Shown here: positions 11,418-21,623 of the stretch, piece after piece
How the letters are laid out: every line of letters starts with the position of its first letter
Position numbering within the stretch: the first letter of the stretch is position 1
Assembly: GCA_963783575.1 (NCBI GenBank)
Contig: CAWAOD010000016.1
Coordinates: 192,001-256,000 of the forward strand
From: an uncultured Spirochaetota bacterium
Lineage (GTDB): Bacteria; Spirochaetota; Brevinematia; Brevinematales; JAOACQ01
Direction: 5' to 3'
DNA length: 64,000 bases
Program-made: the position numbers and the translations under genes
Notes under the pieces: model-generated
Told to the model about the DNA's origin: nothing
Database searches by the model: none
What the model saw: the letters and a program-made list of their open reading frames with translations, nothing else

Positions 11418-11936
11418 TTACCATTTTCCCATGCCGATAACTCTTCCTACCCCGAACAAAAGCAGCAAAAGCGGTAAAGCTACAGCCGTTCCAGCCGCCA
11501 TAGATATTATTATTGTTTTGATAGTAAAGAAGCCTTCTTTCAAGCCCCTCCTCAACAGGTAAAGGGTAACAGGAATATTTAGTAAAACGCCTGTGATAAC
11601 ACCCGGAGCATAACGCCCGGTTAAAATCGCGGCAAACAGGTGGGGAATAAATACATTTGCAAGTATGACACCTAATACAGCGCTGATTATATAATTGGAA
11701 AAGCCGCTTTTACTCACTGAGAAATAATATATCAACCCGTAGAAAATCAAAGTTATGACTATTACCGCAAACCTGAATTCGAATGCCCCAACTGAGGGAT
11801 GCCATATTCCAGCTGTGCGCGACCATCCGGGAAGCCATATGGCTTCTTCTAAATTGTGTAAAGTCTCGCAAACCGCTAAAATCCATATTATTCTCTTAAA
11901 ACTGATCTGATCAAGCCGTTTAATTATCTTATTCAT
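11418..11936 (-). CDS. HXXEE domain membrane protein
   Basis: LHNLEE motif, YAPGVITG, multiple TM helices. Confidence 0.8.
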   Translation of the reverse strand: MNKIIKRLDQISFKRIIWILAVCETLHNLEEAIWLPGWSRTAGIWHPSVGAFEFRFAVIVITLIFYGLIYYFSVSKSGFSNYIISAVLGVILANVFIPHLFAAILTGRYAPGVITGVLLNIPVTLYLLRRGLKEGFFTIKTIIISMAAGTAVALPLLLLLFGVGRVIGMGKW

Positions 11937-12181
11937 AAAACATCCTTAAAAATTTCATTTTGCGCTAGCAATAACACTTCGAACAAATTCTCTTGTGGTA
12001 TTTATATCCTTATCATCATGGTGTTTCCTGTTGAGCGCCCGTCAATTGAATTATTAACCGTTATAATTATCATTTATGTGTTAAAGCGGATGGAATGACC
12101 TAAAATCATCATCAAACAGGAATGCGCTTCCTTTTCCTGACATCATATAAATGATCTATCACTTTCATAACATCATCCCGG

Positions 12182-14973
12182 CTATTCCTTTAAATGCTTC
12201 CTGATAAAATTTTCAATTTCAATCAAATTAATATTTTTAGCCAGTAATTTTAATCTTGAAGCAAATGGGAGCATTTCGGAATTGGCAGACGATTCAATGC
12301 TTTCAATATACTTTCTTATATTTACAATATCCCCGATTTTTGCCATTGAATATAAAGCTTTAAGTTCATCCGCCGGCGGAATCGGGATTTCCCAGTCCTC
12401 TAAACCGTTTCCGTATTTTCCGAAAGTAACAGCACTGACATTGGTAAAATCTTTATTCAATAAAATGAAGCTTGTATCAAACCAGAATCTGCTGCCTTTG
12501 CCGATTTCGCTTTTTACATAAAGATCACTTCCCAACAATTTTGCAAGGTTCCTGCTTATTGTGAGACCAAGGCCTGTCCCCTTTGTTTTCGGCTGGCCGG
12601 TATCAAGCTGCTGGAATGAATCAAAAATTATTTCCAGCTTTTCTTGTGGAATACCAATGCCTGTATCTTCAACTTCAAAATGCAGTTTATCTGTTTCAAT
12701 CATGCCAGCCCTTAACAATACCTTCCCTTTTTCTGTAAATTTAACGGCATTGCTTAAAAGATTTAGGAGTATCTGGTTAAGCCTTTTACTGTCGCCCAGG
12801 ATATTTACAGGTAAATCCGAAAAGGATTCAAATATGAATTCGAGACTTTTTTCTTCGGCCTGGACCTTGATTATATCAACAATTTTATTTAATAGTTCAG
12901 GTAGTGAGAATGCATTATTTTCAAGCTTCATCTTACCGGCCTCGATTTTTGACATATCAAGCAGGTCGTTAATCATATTAAGAAGATGCAAACTGCTGTT
13001 ATACATCATAGCTATGCTTTCAGTCTGCTTTTTAGTAAGGCTGTCTGTTGTCCCGAATAACTGTATGTAGCCAAGGATGGCATTCAGAGGTGTACGGAGT
13101 TCATGGCTGATATTTGCTATGAACATGCTTTTTGCCTGGTTCGCTTTTTCTGCGGTCTCTTTGGCCTTGAGTATTTCCATTTCGGCGGTTTTACGTTCGG
13201 TTATATCATGAGCGACCACAAAAGCGCCGACAATTTTATCATCGCTGAATTTGAACCTGCTTTTGAGTATGCCCCAGACTTCATTCCCGTCCTTCCTAAT
13301 CGCCTTATACTCGATGGATTCTTCCGGGAGCTCTTCCTACCCGGGCTTTTCTGATTCTCTCAAGGAATATCTCCCTGCTTTCTTTATCCAGGATTTCTAA
13401 TGGGTTCATTCCAAGGAGTTCGGTTTCCGTATAACCGAGCATTCTGCAAAGCCCGTCATTTACTGTCTTGAAACGGTTATCAATGAAATCAATCTCGTAA
13501 ATTGCGGTAGGAGCATATTCTACAAGGAGCCTATATTTCTCCTCACTTTCCCGGAGCGCCTGTTCGGCTTTTTTGCGGTCGGTGATATCAGTATGGTTCC
13601 AGAGACGTCCGTATTTTTTTTCACCGAGATGAATGGGAATAAATTCGCGCAGAAGAGTTCGTCCATTGCTCATTCGAATGTCTTCGGTCTGAACCGGCTG
13701 CCCCAGCCTGACTATTTCATTGATTCGCTTTATGGCAGCGTCAGGATTAATATATGAAAACCGTATTTTTTCAATCAATTCGTTAGAGGACAAATTCGAA
13801 AGATCGGCCGGAGAATTTTTCAAACCGAAAATATCACAAAAAGCCTGGTTGGTAAATTCTATCCGGTCTTCATTCGTAACCAGCAGTATTCCATTATGCA
13901 TACTTGAAAGAAATCAGATAAATCCGCTGTATTGTGGATTGCAGTTTTTCCTCCGCGTTCTTCCGTTCGGTTATATCTTCGGAAAGAATAAAAATACCCT
14001 CCGGAACAGGCTGAAAACTTAAGAAAAAACTTCCCATCGAACCGTCAGGAAAAGTAAATCTGTTTTCAAAGTTCTTAGCAGCCCTTTTTTCCATGCAATA
14101 TTTCAATGTTTTGAACATTTCAGTGTCTTCAATTCCGGGAAACCTCTCCGTCATTTTATGACCGGTAAGTTCTTCTTTTACGTATTTTCCCTGTTTTGCC
14201 GCCGCTGAATTTACATAAATATATGTGAAATCAAAGCCGATGATCTGGCAGCCTTCAAGCATATTATCCAGGGTTTCCCTGTACCGTTCCTCACCTTTTT
14301 GCAGGGCTGTTTTCATTTCAATGCCCTGTTCGATAAGTTTCTGGTTTTGAAGGATGATAAAACTGAGGGTAATTCCTATGACGGTAAAATCAATAATTAA
14401 AATAATCACAGTCGTCATCATATCGCTGTTAAATATTGACTGCATAGGATTAATAAATGCGGATATTGTCCGGATCAAATAAAATAAGACATTTAAAGCC
14501 AGTATTAGTATGATAATATATAAAGAAGTGGCTCCGGATTTTTTAACATTCTTAATGCAGAGAAAACCCGTAAAAAAATCAATAAAAGCGACGAAAGATG
14601 AAAATAAGGCAACACGGATATAAGTTAAAGGAATGATGTATGTAAAAATGCAGGTTAAAATTATATAAATAATTGTATAGGCAATTAAAAAATATCTGTT
14701 AATCTTTAACTTTAAGAACTGCAAGAGCCCGATTGAAAGAAATATAACGGAAGCAACTAAAAGTGTATTTGACAATATTATTCCCAGAAAAACGGATGTA
14801 TAGCCCTGGGCTGATATGAATGCAAGGCCGGCAGTTTGCAGAACAAGCCAGGCCGAAAGCGAACGGCTTCCTGGCAGCCTGCGGCGCGTACTTGAGGATA
14901 TGATCATTAGCAGGGAACACAGTAAGCATGTTATTATCAACATAAAAACCATTGTCCTGTTATCCATATCCAT
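12182..14973 (-). pseudogene. membrane multi-PAS sensor histidine kinase split by two +1 frameshifts (near 13910 and 13335)
   Basis: TM region + PAS (13894-14973), PAS (13305-13901), [29 protein letters not shown] (12182-13219); frames join on removing one base at each site. Confidence 0.85.
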
Positions 14974-14999
14974 CTCCTTTTATTTTTCATCCGGATAAA

Positions 15000-15232
15000 T
15001 ATTTTTCCCGGTTAACTTTTCAATTACCGTCAGACGATAGCCGATCTAATATTTTCAATTCCCTTATTTTAATAATAACCCTTTTCTTTACCATTTCACA
15101 TAAAGCTTTCATTTCATCATCCGATTGGAATCGGGATTCCCCCGTCTTCTAAACTGTTTTCGGATTTCATGAAATTTACAGCACCGGTATTGGTAAAATT
15201 TTTATTCAATAAAATGAAGCTTACATCAACCC
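15000..15232 (-). pseudogene. degenerate remnant of a paralogous histidine kinase 3' end
   Basis: 15118-15232 aligns with 12367-12483 (e.g. TTGGTAAAAT.TTTATTCAATAAAATGAAGCTT). Confidence 0.7.
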
Positions 15233-15382
15233 TTTTGCCTCAGCCCTCGCTCTTGTATTTCGTATTATTAAAAATTGAGCCATTTATTGTGTTGGAGCCT
15301 TTGTTATTTGCCGTATAATTGCTGATAACGCAATTGATTACAATAGAGTTGGAGTTATTCCAAAAGCAATTCCGCCGCCCAT

Positions 15383-15531
15383 GGGTTCACTGAAAATCAG
15401 TATAAATCTTAAAATGTTTAATAAACAGTATTTTATTGGTGTCATATCCTATTTTATAATAATGAGTTATAAATGCAATTAGAAAAGGCTGGTTATAGTT
15501 TTCTAGTTTTAACTCATTTTTCAGTGAACCC
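15383..15531. mobile_element. 149-bp MITE
   Basis: 14-bp perfect TIR GGGTTCACTGAAAA / TTTTCAGTGAACCC; 6-bp target duplication GCCCAT (15377-15382, 15532-15537); no ORF. Confidence 0.85.
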
Positions 15532-15880
15532 GCCCATGCCACTATCTATTCCACCTGAGCCGTTGCAATTCCGGTGCGGATAAACCCGTTTATTAACATT
15601 AACAAAAAGAAACCAAGCGAACCCGCTTTGATAATAACTGTTTGAATGGTTTTTACGTGTGAATTCAAAGTCCTGGGATTTGTGTCATTTCTATTTGTCA
15701 CGATATAGACCGCATTTTTGATTGAGTTTGAACTATCAGAAGAATTGAAAATTCATTTTTCATTATGGCCCCTATAAAATATTATATTAAAAATATTTTG
15801 ATAGAAAGTGCCTTATCCAATATTTTTAATTATTATAGCATATTAAATGGAAATAGGTCAACCCGCCCTAAAATTTAATT

Positions 15881-16225
15881 TCAGGCAATGATGCGCTTCC
15901 TTTTCCTGACTTCCTCATATGCATGGTCGATCATTTTAAAAACATCTTCTCCGGCAATTCCTTTATTATAATAGACGGTGTTTTTAAATTTCTGCTGAAA
16001 ATGCGGGACATGGTATCCGGGTATGACAATCCCGGGATATTCCATCCTGAGAAATTCCGCCAGGCCAGGATCACATCGCAATGTAATTTTCTCCTGTTCG
16101 GGATAAATTTCAGCGGCAATCATTCCAAAGGCTTTTATACAAACCGGGATATCACCGAATGGGAACTCAACGGATGCGCCTTCTTTTTTCAGACAGTAAT
16201 CGGCTATTTGGGAAGCTGTTAACAT
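15881..16225 (-). CDS. MmcQ/YjbR family protein
   Basis: YCL.K.G...FPFG, LRCDP..A..LR..YPG..PGYH, MIDHAYEEV. Confidence 0.85.
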   Translation of the reverse strand: MLTASQIADYCLKKEGASVEFPFGDIPVCIKAFGMIAAEIYPEQEKITLRCDPGLAEFLRMEYPGIVIPGYHVPHFQQKFKNTVYYNKGIAGEDVFKMIDHAYEEVRKRKRIIA

Positions 16226-16333
16226 TATTTGACCTCAAAGCGTAAATTTTTATCTGCCGCTGAGCCGTGGCAATGTGGCTTTTTTACTTTCTTTTTCCAG
16301 TCCGCGGAAAAAGAAAGTAATCAAAGAAAAAGG

Positions 16334-16600
16334 CGTCCCCTCCGCATGAACGCCATTTCATGTAAAGCGATCTTATTGTACTGCGGTGTTGTTATTCAAT
16401 ATATCCTCAAACATCTCTTTTATTAACCGCCTCCTCATCAGTCCGTCCGTGGACTGATTCGTCGGTTTTTGCCCTCCGTGGCAAAACCCTCAAGATTGCT
16501 TAGTCTATGTTAATTATGAATAACAATGTAGATTGTCTCAAGTTCGCGTTTAACCGCAGTGAAGATTAATCAGAAATGGCATTAATGCTGCGGGGGGGGA
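16334..16600 (-). repeat. structured ~265-bp repeat, copy A
   Basis: reverse complement is homologous to 19501-19765; self-complementary ends; two GGA-loop hairpins. Confidence 0.75.
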
Positions 16601-16756
16601 TTTATCCTTAACAAGCAAATATCTATTGCTATTAATCACTTTTTTCATTATCAAGACATTTTTTTAAATTTTGATATTGATCAATTAACACAAGGGGTCA
16701 CCAAATATCCTAATCAATTTTAATATCTAAATATATGAAGTCAAGATTAATGTTTC

Positions 16757-17554
16757 CTATTTATGTAATTTTAGTAATATTTGATTGACTGCTTGTCTTA
16801 TTATTCTATGCAAATTCTTTCCCTTTATTATCAAATCTAAAGTGAATTTAACATTATTTTTATTTTCCCATCCATAAAATGGTAATTGAGCAAAATTTGA
16901 ATTTAACATACAAAGTATATGATAAAGATCATGTAATTTATTGAAATCAATATACTTATCCAAATAATCTTCACACAATATCATTTCTATTACAGATCGT
17001 TTTAATATAATTAGTGGAGACACAGCTCTTACATCATTCTGTTCCAGATCTATTTTAATAATATCTAAATAATGCTCATTAAAATCAAGTTCTTTTAATA
17101 AGCTATTTAACTTTCCTTCAACATTTACTAAATTTACTTGTCTTAATTCTTTAATTTTATTTCCATCAAAAAAATGCAGTCTATTTTTATATTGATTAAT
17201 ATTCAAATCGCGTAAAATTATTTCAATTGCCGATTGTTTATACTCCTCAGATATCATAACATAAAAGTAATTAATATAGACATTTTCTTTTGATATAATA
17301 TCTGGAAATGGCATATTGAAAGCTCTTTTGATATGTTCAATAATATCTCCCATATCACCTTGATTTTTACCATTAATATTTTTGAATTTTACTTGAGCAG
17401 CATGATATTGTTTTATTCCAAAACGATTATAATCTGAAAACAGAATATCCTTACCAAATTCGTCTATTCCATGATTATTCCTAACATCGCTAAAACCCAT
17501 ATTTTGAAGTAACGGTATTATTATCTCATTAGTATATTCTTCTTCATCATTCAT
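16757..17554 (-). CDS. putative Mrr-like PD-(D/E)xK restriction-endonuclease-fold protein
   Basis: N-terminal LLQNMGF..HG.DEFGKDI...AQVK pattern; AT-rich. Confidence 0.6.
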   Translation of the reverse strand: MNDEEEYTNEIIIPLLQNMGFSDVRNNHGIDEFGKDILFSDYNRFGIKQYHAAQVKFKNINGKNQGDMGDIIEHIKRAFNMPFPDIISKENVYINYFYVMISEEYKQSAIEIILRDLNINQYKNRLHFFDGNKIKELRQVNLVNVEGKLNSLLKELDFNEHYLDIIKIDLEQNDVRAVSPLIILKRSVIEMILCEDYLDKYIDFNKLHDLYHILCMLNSNFAQLPFYGWENKNNVKFTLDLIIKGKNLHRIIRQAVNQILLKLHK

Positions 17555-17627
17555 CTATTCCCTCCATTCTTTCCATCTCCCTCACAATCCTTACTGTCTC
17601 CACGCTTACCGTGCAGGCCCAGCGGAT
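17547..17627 (-). repeat. Type ISP R-M C-terminus remnant, copy 1
   Basis: translates IRWACTVSVETVRIVREMERMEGIDE*; stop overlaps start of 16757-17554 (ATGAATGA). Confidence 0.65.
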
Positions 17628-18295
17628 TTATCTTTATTATTCAGAATTCTAAAATACTCTCTAAGACGATAAATTCTTCTGCAAGAATCTCTATTAGCAT
17701 TTATCAAAAATATTATTATAATAAAAATTAAAATTCCAATGGGTAAATATTCCCAGACCATATATAATTCTTTATATAATAAAATTTCAACTGTAAAATA
17801 TACAATTGAAATCATCAAAGCGATGGCTGTATTTCCCGTCGCTTCCATAATAACATCTAACCGCTCCAGCACAAGCCTTTGTGATTCATACCATTCGTTC
17901 ATTGGTATCTTATTTTCTTTTTCCTCAATTTTCTGAAGTTCATAAGTTATTTTTTCAAAACCAAATTGAATCTTATAGTTTTTATCTAATTGATCATTAT
18001 CAAACTCATTTGATTCTATATCCTCAATAATACCTACAATACCTATAATAGGGATACTGCCTAAAATTAATCCTATTCTTTGAATTGCAAATCCTATGAT
18101 CCAGGCAAAACCTATTATAAAAAGCCAGGACATGAAGCTCTGTTTTTCAATAAGGGTTATTAGATAATTTGAATAGTGAAAATGTATGTTATAAAGTGTA
18201 TTAATTAATATAAAACCCGGCAGTATCTTGCTGAGGAAATCCCTTAAAACAAAATGAGTATAAAAATATTTTATTAAGTCGGTAAAATCCTTCAT
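17606..18295 (-). CDS. hypothetical multi-TM membrane protein
   Basis: 229-aa ORF with GGGAGG RBS and ~4 hydrophobic helices; AT-rich. Confidence 0.65.
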   Translation of the reverse strand: MKDFTDLIKYFYTHFVLRDFLSKILPGFILINTLYNIHFHYSNYLITLIEKQSFMSWLFIIGFAWIIGFAIQRIGLILGSIPIIGIVGIIEDIESNEFDNDQLDKNYKIQFGFEKITYELQKIEEKENKIPMNEWYESQRLVLERLDVIMEATGNTAIALMISIVYFTVEILLYKELYMVWEYLPIGILIFIIIIFLINANRDSCRRIYRLREYFRILNNKDKSAGPAR

Positions 18296-18310
18296 AAATA
18301 AAAGCCTCCC

Positions 18311-18445
18311 TTATATTCTTAAAGTTTCCCTTTCCATCTCCCTTATAATCCCCACCGTCTCAACGCTGACAGATCAGATACACCGGATTAAATCAATCGC
18401 CGATTCCTTATAATCCTTAAACCTGCTATACGCCGTCGGGTTCGT
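18311..18445 (-). repeat. Type ISP R-M C-terminus remnant, copy 2
   Basis: translates PTAYSRFKDYKESAIDLIRCI*SVSVETVGIIREMERETLRI*. Confidence 0.7.
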
Positions 18446-18458
18446 AGTTAATTAACAA

Positions 18459-19001
18459 TTATGCATTTCTATAAATAATTAAACCTATTTTATCATTACC
18501 ATCGAATTTTACAGTTAAGTTATTATTATCATTTATTGGTATACGTTCATATGAATTTATATCAAATAGGCTTATACAAAATTCTGATTGTATTTCGCTT
18601 GATGAAAATGGTAAATCAAAACGTTTTATATTTCTTTTACTTTTTTCTCGTGCATAAGTTGGTAATGCAGTATATTCCTCTATTTTATGAGAGATATCAG
18701 TTAGTTGGCAAGAAACATTACCATTTTCAGGATTTAAATTAAATTTTATTTTAGCAACAGCTTCTGTAGAATTTATATCATAATTAAAACTTGGAGACAT
18801 ATGAGTTCCATTATCTTTTAATCTATTTCCACCATTTATAATTTGATTATTATTGAGATGAAACCATAAATGTTCATGTGTATTACCTCCTACACAATTA
18901 ATAAATACATCATTTGTTCCATCTTCTCTACCACCAGTGCTTAAAGTAACACAGTATTTATTAAACCAATAAATTGCATAACCATTTTGATATTCAGGCA
19001 T
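18459..19001 (-). CDS. hypothetical protein
   Basis: 180-aa ORF with AGGAGG RBS; AT-rich; no family recognised. Confidence 0.65.
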   Translation of the reverse strand: MPEYQNGYAIYWFNKYCVTLSTGGREDGTNDVFINCVGGNTHEHLWFHLNNNQIINGGNRLKDNGTHMSPSFNYDINSTEAVAKIKFNLNPENGNVSCQLTDISHKIEEYTALPTYAREKSKRNIKRFDLPFSSSEIQSEFCISLFDINSYERIPINDNNNLTVKFDGNDKIGLIIYRNA

Positions 19002-19140
19002 ATTAGCCTCCTGTTTAATCTCTTTGGGTTAATTCCCCGTTGCTGCGGGGTAGTTTATTTAACCACAGATGGGCACAGATAAACACAGATATTTACTAAT
19101 CTTATCCGTGTGCATCCACGTTCATCTGTGGTTGATTCTT

Positions 19141-19224
19141 TCACGTTTTCATTTCCTCCATCTCCCTCATAATCTTCACCGTCTCGATACTCACAGTACA
19201 GACCCGCCGGATATAATCAATTAC
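19141..19224 (-). repeat. Type ISP R-M C-terminus remnant, copy 3
   Basis: translates VIDYIRRVCTVSIETVKIMREMEEMKT*. Confidence 0.7.
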
Positions 19225-19372
19225 AAAATTTAAACAGAGCGATTCTAAATATCAGGCAAGCTTTTAAAGCCGACATTACCTTAGCATAATCAGTGTTGAT
19301 AAATGCATGTCATATGCCGGGAAAATCATAATACTTATGTTTAAACAAATCAAATTATCGAGACGTCAGTCA

Positions 19373-19483
19373 TGCCGGTCACTTCGATACGCGTTTAACC
19401 TAATCTTTTAACAAAGCCTCGGTCACTGAGTAGGGCTTCAGCCCGTATCGAAGTGACCATAAACAAGCCGCTACTCAGTGACC
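19373..19483. repeat. REP-like palindromic repeat (CTTCGA/CTCAG family)
   Basis: TGCCGGTCACTTCGATACGC identical at 35245-35264; internal inverted copy GTATCGAAGTGACC. Confidence 0.65.
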
Positions 19484-19500
19484 AAAGCCATCTTAAATGC

Positions 19501-19765
19501 TCCCCGCAGCATGAACGCCATTTCCGATTGAACCTTTGTGTAGTCATAATAGAACTCGGCTTAATAATTGTTGTTATTCCTGTTAAACCTGATTTAAACA
19601 AGTTAAAGGGTTCGGACAGGGATGTCCGAAACCGAGGAATCAGTATAAGGATGTACTGATGACGAGGCGGTAATAAAAAGATATCTTTAATAAAAATACT
19701 TGAATAACAACACCTCAGAATAAACAGATTTCTTAACATGAAATGGTGTTAATGCGTAGGGGTCG
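19501..19765 (+). repeat. structured ~265-bp repeat, copy B
   Basis: homologous to reverse complement of 16334-16600 with compensatory changes in hairpins. Confidence 0.75.
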
Positions 19766-19783
19766 TTCCTTTCTCTTCGACAG

Positions 19784-21474
19784 CAGACTGTGTGAAAACT
19801 CAGTAAAATTTTATAGTAAAATCGATTAATTATACAAAAACTCCATTTTTTGATATATTTTTCAAGCTAAAAAAATCTTAGTTTAAAAAATCTATCCGAA
19901 TACGATAAACGATGGTTTATTAGCATCAAACCAGAGTCATAAGTCTCTTTATTCCCAATATATTCAATACTTTTATTAAATTATGAATGAATCCTGCCAA
20001 ACTGGATTCCGTCAGAACGCCATCCTTTCCCTTCATTAAAAAATAACTGTAACCCATATTCCTTTTTATCGATCCAAATGGATGTTCACATATCTCTTTC
20101 CTTTTCTCTATGATCTTTTTCCCGGCTTCAGAACGAATTTTCCTCTTGAAGTTCTCAATTTCTTCTTTTCTAACTGGTACTTTGATACTTCGTCCTTCCA
20201 CGCTTTCAGTACACTTATTTCTTACTTCACATTGGCTGCATAAGCCGCACTTGTACCTGACTATCTCTTTTCCTCCATTGACCTTCTCTACTTTTTTCCC
20301 ATTTCTCACTAATGGGTTTCCCTCCGGACAATAATAAACATTTTGTCCCGGATCATATTTGAATTTATCAACCTGGTATTCTTCAGCAGGTACTCCTTTA
20401 TTATCTTCTTTGCCTCGAATCCTTGCCTTATGTCCGTCATCCGGATTCGGCATATATACGTTATGTCCCTTATCTATACATTCCAGTATCTGCGGTTCGC
20501 TGTAATAACCGGCATCCGATACTTTGACCGTTTCAGTCTCTACCTTAAGCTCGTCCTTTATTTCTTCTACTCGGTCACACATTCCTGCCATCTGTTTGAT
20601 ATCATTGTTTTCATTCGTCACATCAATCGCCACAATCAGTTTATTCGCATCATCTACTGCCATCTGCAGATTATATGCAATGTCGGATTTCCCTTTATCA
20701 TTCATAAACCGGCTTTCCGGGTCATTTGAATAATATTTCTCCATTTCAGGATTTCCCTCAAAAATCTTTTTAATAGCCTCAACTTTATCCTTTTTTGTTT
20801 TCATTTTCTTTAAACGTTCCGCTATCTTTCCGGAAAGAAATTCAAATTCATTCTTTTCTTCCTTATCGTTCTTATCCATCTCATTCAAATATTCTTCGAT
20901 CTTTTGATCTATTCTATGTATGATTTCTTCTATGTTTTTCCTATGATAAACATTGTTATTGTGGTTTTGCGCACTGATCTTGGTTCCATCAATTCCAACA
21001 ACGTCAAATGATAAAAGCCCGGCTTTATGACATATCTTCAAAAATTCTCTGAATATCGACTGTATTCCCTTCTTATTATCTTTCCTGAAGTCGGCAATCG
21101 TCTTGAAATCCGGCGCTAGTCGTCCAGTCAGCCACATCAACTCTGTGTTTCTTCGGCACTCTCTCTCTAATTTCCTGCTTGTCCTGATTTTATTCAAATA
21201 TCCGTAAATATAGATTTTTAAAAGTATTTCGGATTTATATGAACTTCTGCCGGTTGATGCTTCTTTTACTTTAAAACCAACTCCTTTCATATTTAGCTTA
21301 TCAACAAAAATATCTATAAACCTTACCGGATCTTCTTCTCCTAACAGATCTTCCAGTGTTTCATTGAACAGAACTATCTGATCCCTTGATTCTCCCTCAA
21401 TATGCTTCATCTTTTACTCCGATTATTTTTGTTCTAATAATTATAGCATATTTACTGTGTTTTCACACAGTCTG
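19784..21474 (-). mobile_element. IS1182 family insertion sequence
   Basis: 16-bp TIR CAGACTGTGTGAAAAC (19784-19799) / GTTTTCACACAGTCTG (21459-21474) around transposase. Confidence 0.9.
19926..21410 (-). CDS. IS1182 family transposase
   Basis: SRKLEREC..WL....PDFKTIADFRK, IDGTK, DAGY, CPEG..C..C, EHPFGSIK. Confidence 0.92.
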   Translation of the reverse strand: MKHIEGESRDQIVLFNETLEDLLGEEDPVRFIDIFVDKLNMKGVGFKVKEASTGRSSYKSEILLKIYIYGYLNKIRTSRKLERECRRNTELMWLTGRLAPDFKTIADFRKDNKKGIQSIFREFLKICHKAGLLSFDVVGIDGTKISAQNHNNNVYHRKNIEEIIHRIDQKIEEYLNEMDKNDKEEKNEFEFLSGKIAERLKKMKTKKDKVEAIKKIFEGNPEMEKYYSNDPESRFMNDKGKSDIAYNLQMAVDDANKLIVAIDVTNENNDIKQMAGMCDRVEEIKDELKVETETVKVSDAGYYSEPQILECIDKGHNVYMPNPDDGHKARIRGKEDNKGVPAEEYQVDKFKYDPGQNVYYCPEGNPLVRNGKKVEKVNGGKEIVRYKCGLCSQCEVRNKCTESVEGRSIKVPVRKEEIENFKRKIRSEAGKKIIEKRKEICEHPFGSIKRNMGYSYFLMKGKDGVLTESSLAGFIHNLIKVLNILGIKRLMTLV

Positions 21475-21623
21475 TAATCTCAGGGCAGGCTTTGTATGCT
21501 TATCAATATACAAGAGATTTACTTCGGTTGCTGAGCTTGTCGAAGCATTCCTGACGAACTCAGGAAAGAGAGGAACAAAGCCGTATGCCAAGGCTCTGTG
21601 GCAAATCGCCCCTCGGGCGAAAC

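Noticed and set aside
17547..19224. Three spaced repeats as a CRISPR array or integron attC sites
   Set aside because: The spacing is gene-sized, the repeats are diverged with codon-like conservation, they are not palindromic, and there is no cas or intI gene.
19395..19739. 114-aa and 68-aa ORFs
   Set aside because: They fall in repeat elements whose second copy does not preserve the frames.
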